From: Candidatus Latescibacterota bacterium
Lineage (GTDB): Bacteria > Latescibacterota > UBA2968 > GCA-2709665
Length of the DNA: 64,000 nucleotides
Reading direction: 5' to 3'
Assembly: GCA_965205485.1 (NCBI GenBank)
Contig: OZ242180.1
Coordinates: forward strand, 672,001 to 736,000
Shown here: positions 61,182 through 64,000 of the stretch, in pieces
Layout of the letters: every line of letters starts with the position of its first letter
Position numbering within the stretch: the stretch's first letter is position 1
Notes under the pieces: generated by a model
What the model was told of the DNA's origin: nothing
Database searches by the model: none
Seen by the model: only the letters and a program-made list of their open reading frames with translations
Made by a program: the position numbers and the translations under genes

Positions 61182-61829
61182 ATGTCCACACACACATTGA
61201 CGATTGCAGCCACCCTTCAACGCCACACCGCCAACCTGATTACCGCCTTCCGGGTCGTGTGCCTGTTTCTGGCTGCGGCCTTTGCGGTCACCGGAGATAC
61301 CGTGCTGGCCTGGATTGCGGTTCCGCTCGCGTTCGCGGCGCTTTTGATGGACTGGCTGGACGGGTACGCCGCGCGCCGGCTGGGTTGCGAAAGCAAGGTG
61401 GGCGGCCTGCTCGATATCGTGGGGGACCGGATTGCGGAGAACGTGTGGTGGGTGGTGTTCGCGTGGCTGCATCTGGTCCCCCTCTGGGTGCCGCTGGTGG
61501 TACTCAGCAGGGGATTCGTGACGGACGCCATTCGGAGTTGCGCCCTTACGCAGGGAAAGACCGCATTCGGAGAGACGACGATGATGCGTTCGCGCATCGG
61601 TCACGGACTGGTCGCCTCCCGCGCAAGCAGGGCGGCCTACGGCGTTGCAAAGGTCATGGCATTTGTCGCGCTGTTCATCCTGAACGCGGTGCAACGTTCG
61701 TCCAACCTGGCGCCGGGGCTGGAATCCGGGGTGGAGACGGCCGCACTCGCGGCGACTTATCTGACCGTCGCCCTCTGCGCGATAAGGGGGATACCCGTTA
61801 TCACCGCCGCAAAAAGGGTTGTCTACTAA
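61182..61829 (+). CDS. CDP-alcohol phosphatidyltransferase (PgsA-like)
   Basis: ANLITAFR; signature DWLDGYAARRLGCESKVGGLLDIVGD. Confidence 0.9.
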   Translation: MSTHTLTIAATLQRHTANLITAFRVVCLFLAAAFAVTGDTVLAWIAVPLAFAALLMDWLDGYAARRLGCESKVGGLLDIVGDRIAENVWWVVFAWLHLVPLWVPLVVLSRGFVTDAIRSCALTQGKTAFGETTMMRSRIGHGLVASRASRAAYGVAKVMAFVALFILNAVQRSSNLAPGLESGVETAALAATYLTVALCAIRGIPVITAAKRVVY

Positions 61830-61854
61830 CGTATCGATATTCGAGGAGTACGCG

Positions 61855-62886
61855 ATGAAACAGGAAGCCTATATACTGCTCTGGCTGCTGGGCCTGGCGG
61901 GCCTTGGCGTGCTGCTTCACCAGCTCGGTGAGCCGGAAGTGTGGCAGCACGTGGTGATGATGGGCTGGGGATATGTCCCGATAATTGGAATAACCCTGGC
62001 GGCCTATATGAATAACGTCTGCGCGTGGCGGGAGAGTTTTGACGGTGGGACCGAAAGGCCTCGAATGAGACCGTTGCTCTGGGTAAAGCTGGTCGGCGAA
62101 GCCCTGGGCAACGTGATGCCGGCCTCGCAGATCGGCAAAGAGGTCGCCAAGGTCATGATGCTGCGGGAGAGAATGGGCGTAACGGCCGGGGTGTCGTCTC
62201 TTGTACTCACCAAGACGGGCGAGATGGTCAGCGGCGTTCTCTTCGTCGTGGGCGGCGTTCTGGCGGGTCTTCGCCGATACGTATTTCCAGAGGAAATCCA
62301 ATGGGCGCTGTTTGCCGCACTGACGATCGCCGTCGTTGGCGCGGTATTTACCGTGGTGAGACAGCGCCGCGATCCCTTCACCGGGCTTGTGAACTTCCTG
62401 GTGCGGATGCGGATCTCGTTTGTGGCGCGGTTCCGCAATCGTGCGACGGAGATCGATCGCAATCTGGCCGGGTTTTACCGGCTGAAAGGATGGCGTCTGG
62501 CGGGCCTGCTGGGTATTCACCTGGTGACATGGGGCCTCGGAACCCTTGAGATCTACGTGATCCTTCGTGTGCTGGGCGAGCCGATGCCGTTTGTTTCGGT
62601 TTACCTGTTCCACTCGCTGATGATGGTGATCAATTTGATTTTCGGTTTTGTCCCGTACGGCATGGGGGTCTTCGAAGGTGGGCACGTGTTTCTCTTCCAT
62701 CTGATGGGACTGGAGCCGGGTACCGGATTGGCCGTGGGCATCGTCCGGCGGATCCGGAAGATCTTCTGGATGCTGCTCGGCCTGCTCCTGCTGCTTCTGG
62801 GGTCCCGCACCATCCGGTTCAGGACGCCGAAGGAGAAGGACGGTCTCGAACGAGTGGAGACGAAAGCGTCATTGCACCACGGGTAA
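61855..62886 (+). CDS. Lysylphosphatidylglycerol-synthase transmembrane (flippase-like, YbhN/AglD2-type) protein
   Basis: Multi-TM with NVMPASQIGKEVAK, VPYGMGVFEGG and RRIRKIFW motifs; GAGGAG SD. Confidence 0.78.
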   Translation: MKQEAYILLWLLGLAGLGVLLHQLGEPEVWQHVVMMGWGYVPIIGITLAAYMNNVCAWRESFDGGTERPRMRPLLWVKLVGEALGNVMPASQIGKEVAKVMMLRERMGVTAGVSSLVLTKTGEMVSGVLFVVGGVLAGLRRYVFPEEIQWALFAALTIAVVGAVFTVVRQRRDPFTGLVNFLVRMRISFVARFRNRATEIDRNLAGFYRLKGWRLAGLLGIHLVTWGLGTLEIYVILRVLGEPMPFVSVYLFHSLMMVINLIFGFVPYGMGVFEGGHVFLFHLMGLEPGTGLAVGIVRRIRKIFWMLLGLLLLLLGSRTIRFRTPKEKDGLERVETKASLHHG

Positions 62887-62940
62887 ACATCGTAAGGAAT
62901 CATTGATCGGTACTTTCACCTAAGACACTGGAGGAAGATC

Positions 62941-64000
62941 GTGAAGATTACCGCACTCGTCCTGTCCGCGACAATGGTGTTTAGTGCGATTATCCCGTCC
63001 GTAGTACAAGCGGCATCGGATTCGACTGCGGAAGCGGCCATTCAGAGACTCCATGCGAAGGCGGTCACGGTAATGTCCGGTAAGGAGGTTGATCTGAACA
63101 GGCTCTCTCCCGGCTGGTATGCTTACGTGGTGTTCATATTGAACGAGGCGGAAAGCGCGGCGATGGGCCGGATTGTCTCCCGCGAATCGAATCGAGTCGT
63201 GATCGCACCAGGCGAGGGGAAAGGATGGGAGATAGCACGACAGGATATCGCGGTCGTCGCAGTCGCCGACAACCCCGGCGGCATCGAGCTGTGGCGAATG
63301 GCACGGCGTGAGATGTTGGAGGTTCAGAAATCGACGATGACGGTGTTGTCCGGCGAAAACCTCGACCGCGGGAAGCTGAGAATCGGATGGCACGTACACA
63401 TCGATTACCGGTCCACCGGGATCGACCGCTCAACTAAGGGAATGATCGTGCGCAAAGACGCAGATCAGATCGAGATCAAACCACAGAAGAAGCAAGGAAT
63501 CCGACAGAGAATCCGTATGGACGATATCGAACGAATTTTCGTTACCCGAAGACGCAGCGAAATGGATCGCTGGCGGAAAGCGAGAGCGGCCATGCGTGAA
63601 CTCCAGGGTCCCAGGGTCCGGTTGAAGGCGCCATCGATATCGCCGCATTGGATGATCGGAAGGTTTGCAGGCGCCGTCCGGGACTCACTCGAGGTCCTGT
63701 CCGAACGCGGTACCGAACGGATCCCCCGTGCCCTGGTCAAAGAACTGGAAGTCAGCACGGGTCGTCATCGAAACACGATCAAGGGTATGGCCATAGGGGC
63801 TCTTGCCGGACTTGGCGCTGCACTTCTGATATATCCATATGATGTATCTGACGACGATAGAAGAGGGGAAGTTGAAGAAAGGGACCGCGCCGACCGATTC
63901 TTCTACGCCGTTCTCGTAGTGCCTCTCGCGACAGTCTGCGGCACCCTGGTCGGCGGCAGGACGATTACCGAAAAATGGGTCGAAGTTCACCCTTCCCGGA
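62941..64000 (+). CDS. Hypothetical secreted/membrane protein with internal repeats; partial, runs off the right edge
   Basis: GGAGG SD then GTG: MKITALVLSATMVFSAIIPSVVQAA (signal peptide); open to the window end; two ~88-aa repeats and C-terminal Gly-rich hydrophobic helices; not in the ORF track. Confidence 0.75.
   Translation, partial: MKITALVLSATMVFSAIIPSVVQAASDSTAEAAIQRLHAKAVTVMSGKEVDLNRLSPGWYAYVVFILNEAESAAMGRIVSRESNRVVIAPGEGKGWEIARQDIAVVAVADNPGGIELWRMARREMLEVQKSTMTVLSGENLDRGKLRIGWHVHIDYRSTGIDRSTKGMIVRKDADQIEIKPQKKQGIRQRIRMDDIERIFVTRRRSEMDRWRKARAAMRELQGPRVRLKAPSISPHWMIGRFAGAVRDSLEVLSERGTERIPRALVKELEVSTGRHRNTIKGMAIGALAGLGAALLIYPYDVSDDDRRGEVEERDRADRFFYAVLVVPLATVCGTLVGGRTITEKWVEVHPSR

Overview
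GC-rich bacterial chromosomal segment with about 47 protein genes and no rRNA, tRNA or CRISPR array that I can recognise. The dockerin/EF-hand-like module and the many sugar oxidoreductases are reminiscent of Latescibacterota/Poribacteria-like lineages (inference only). The left part (1-31 kb) is accessory catabolic and transport: a GH106-like glycoside hydrolase running off the left edge, four Gfo/Idh/MocA oxidoreductases, an SDR, a 2-hydroxyacid dehydrogenase, a class III aminotransferase, an M20 deacylase, a DASS symporter, secreted FGE/HEAT/Vgb proteins, and an Fe3+/thiamine-type ABC importer whose ATPase is interrupted by an internal duplication. The middle is housekeeping: rsmD, fused glyQS, a MurC/Mpl-like ligase, LD-carboxypeptidase, aroA, dnaE, rodA-mrdA-mreD, an MltD-like enzyme and a SPOR protein. 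The right part carries an ABC-2 exporter behind a leader-peptide/attenuator-like region, and a membrane sensor kinase plus sigma-54 activator followed by a consensus sigma-54 promoter with tandem enhancer palindromes in front of a lipid-modification operon. The top finding is a gene missed by the ORF track at 31679-31957 (-): a DUF5069-like protein with an in-frame UGA at a probable conserved Cys position, followed immediately by a SECIS-like hairpin, i.e. a candidate selenoprotein. Several MITE-like and REP-like elements lie in the intergenic spaces.
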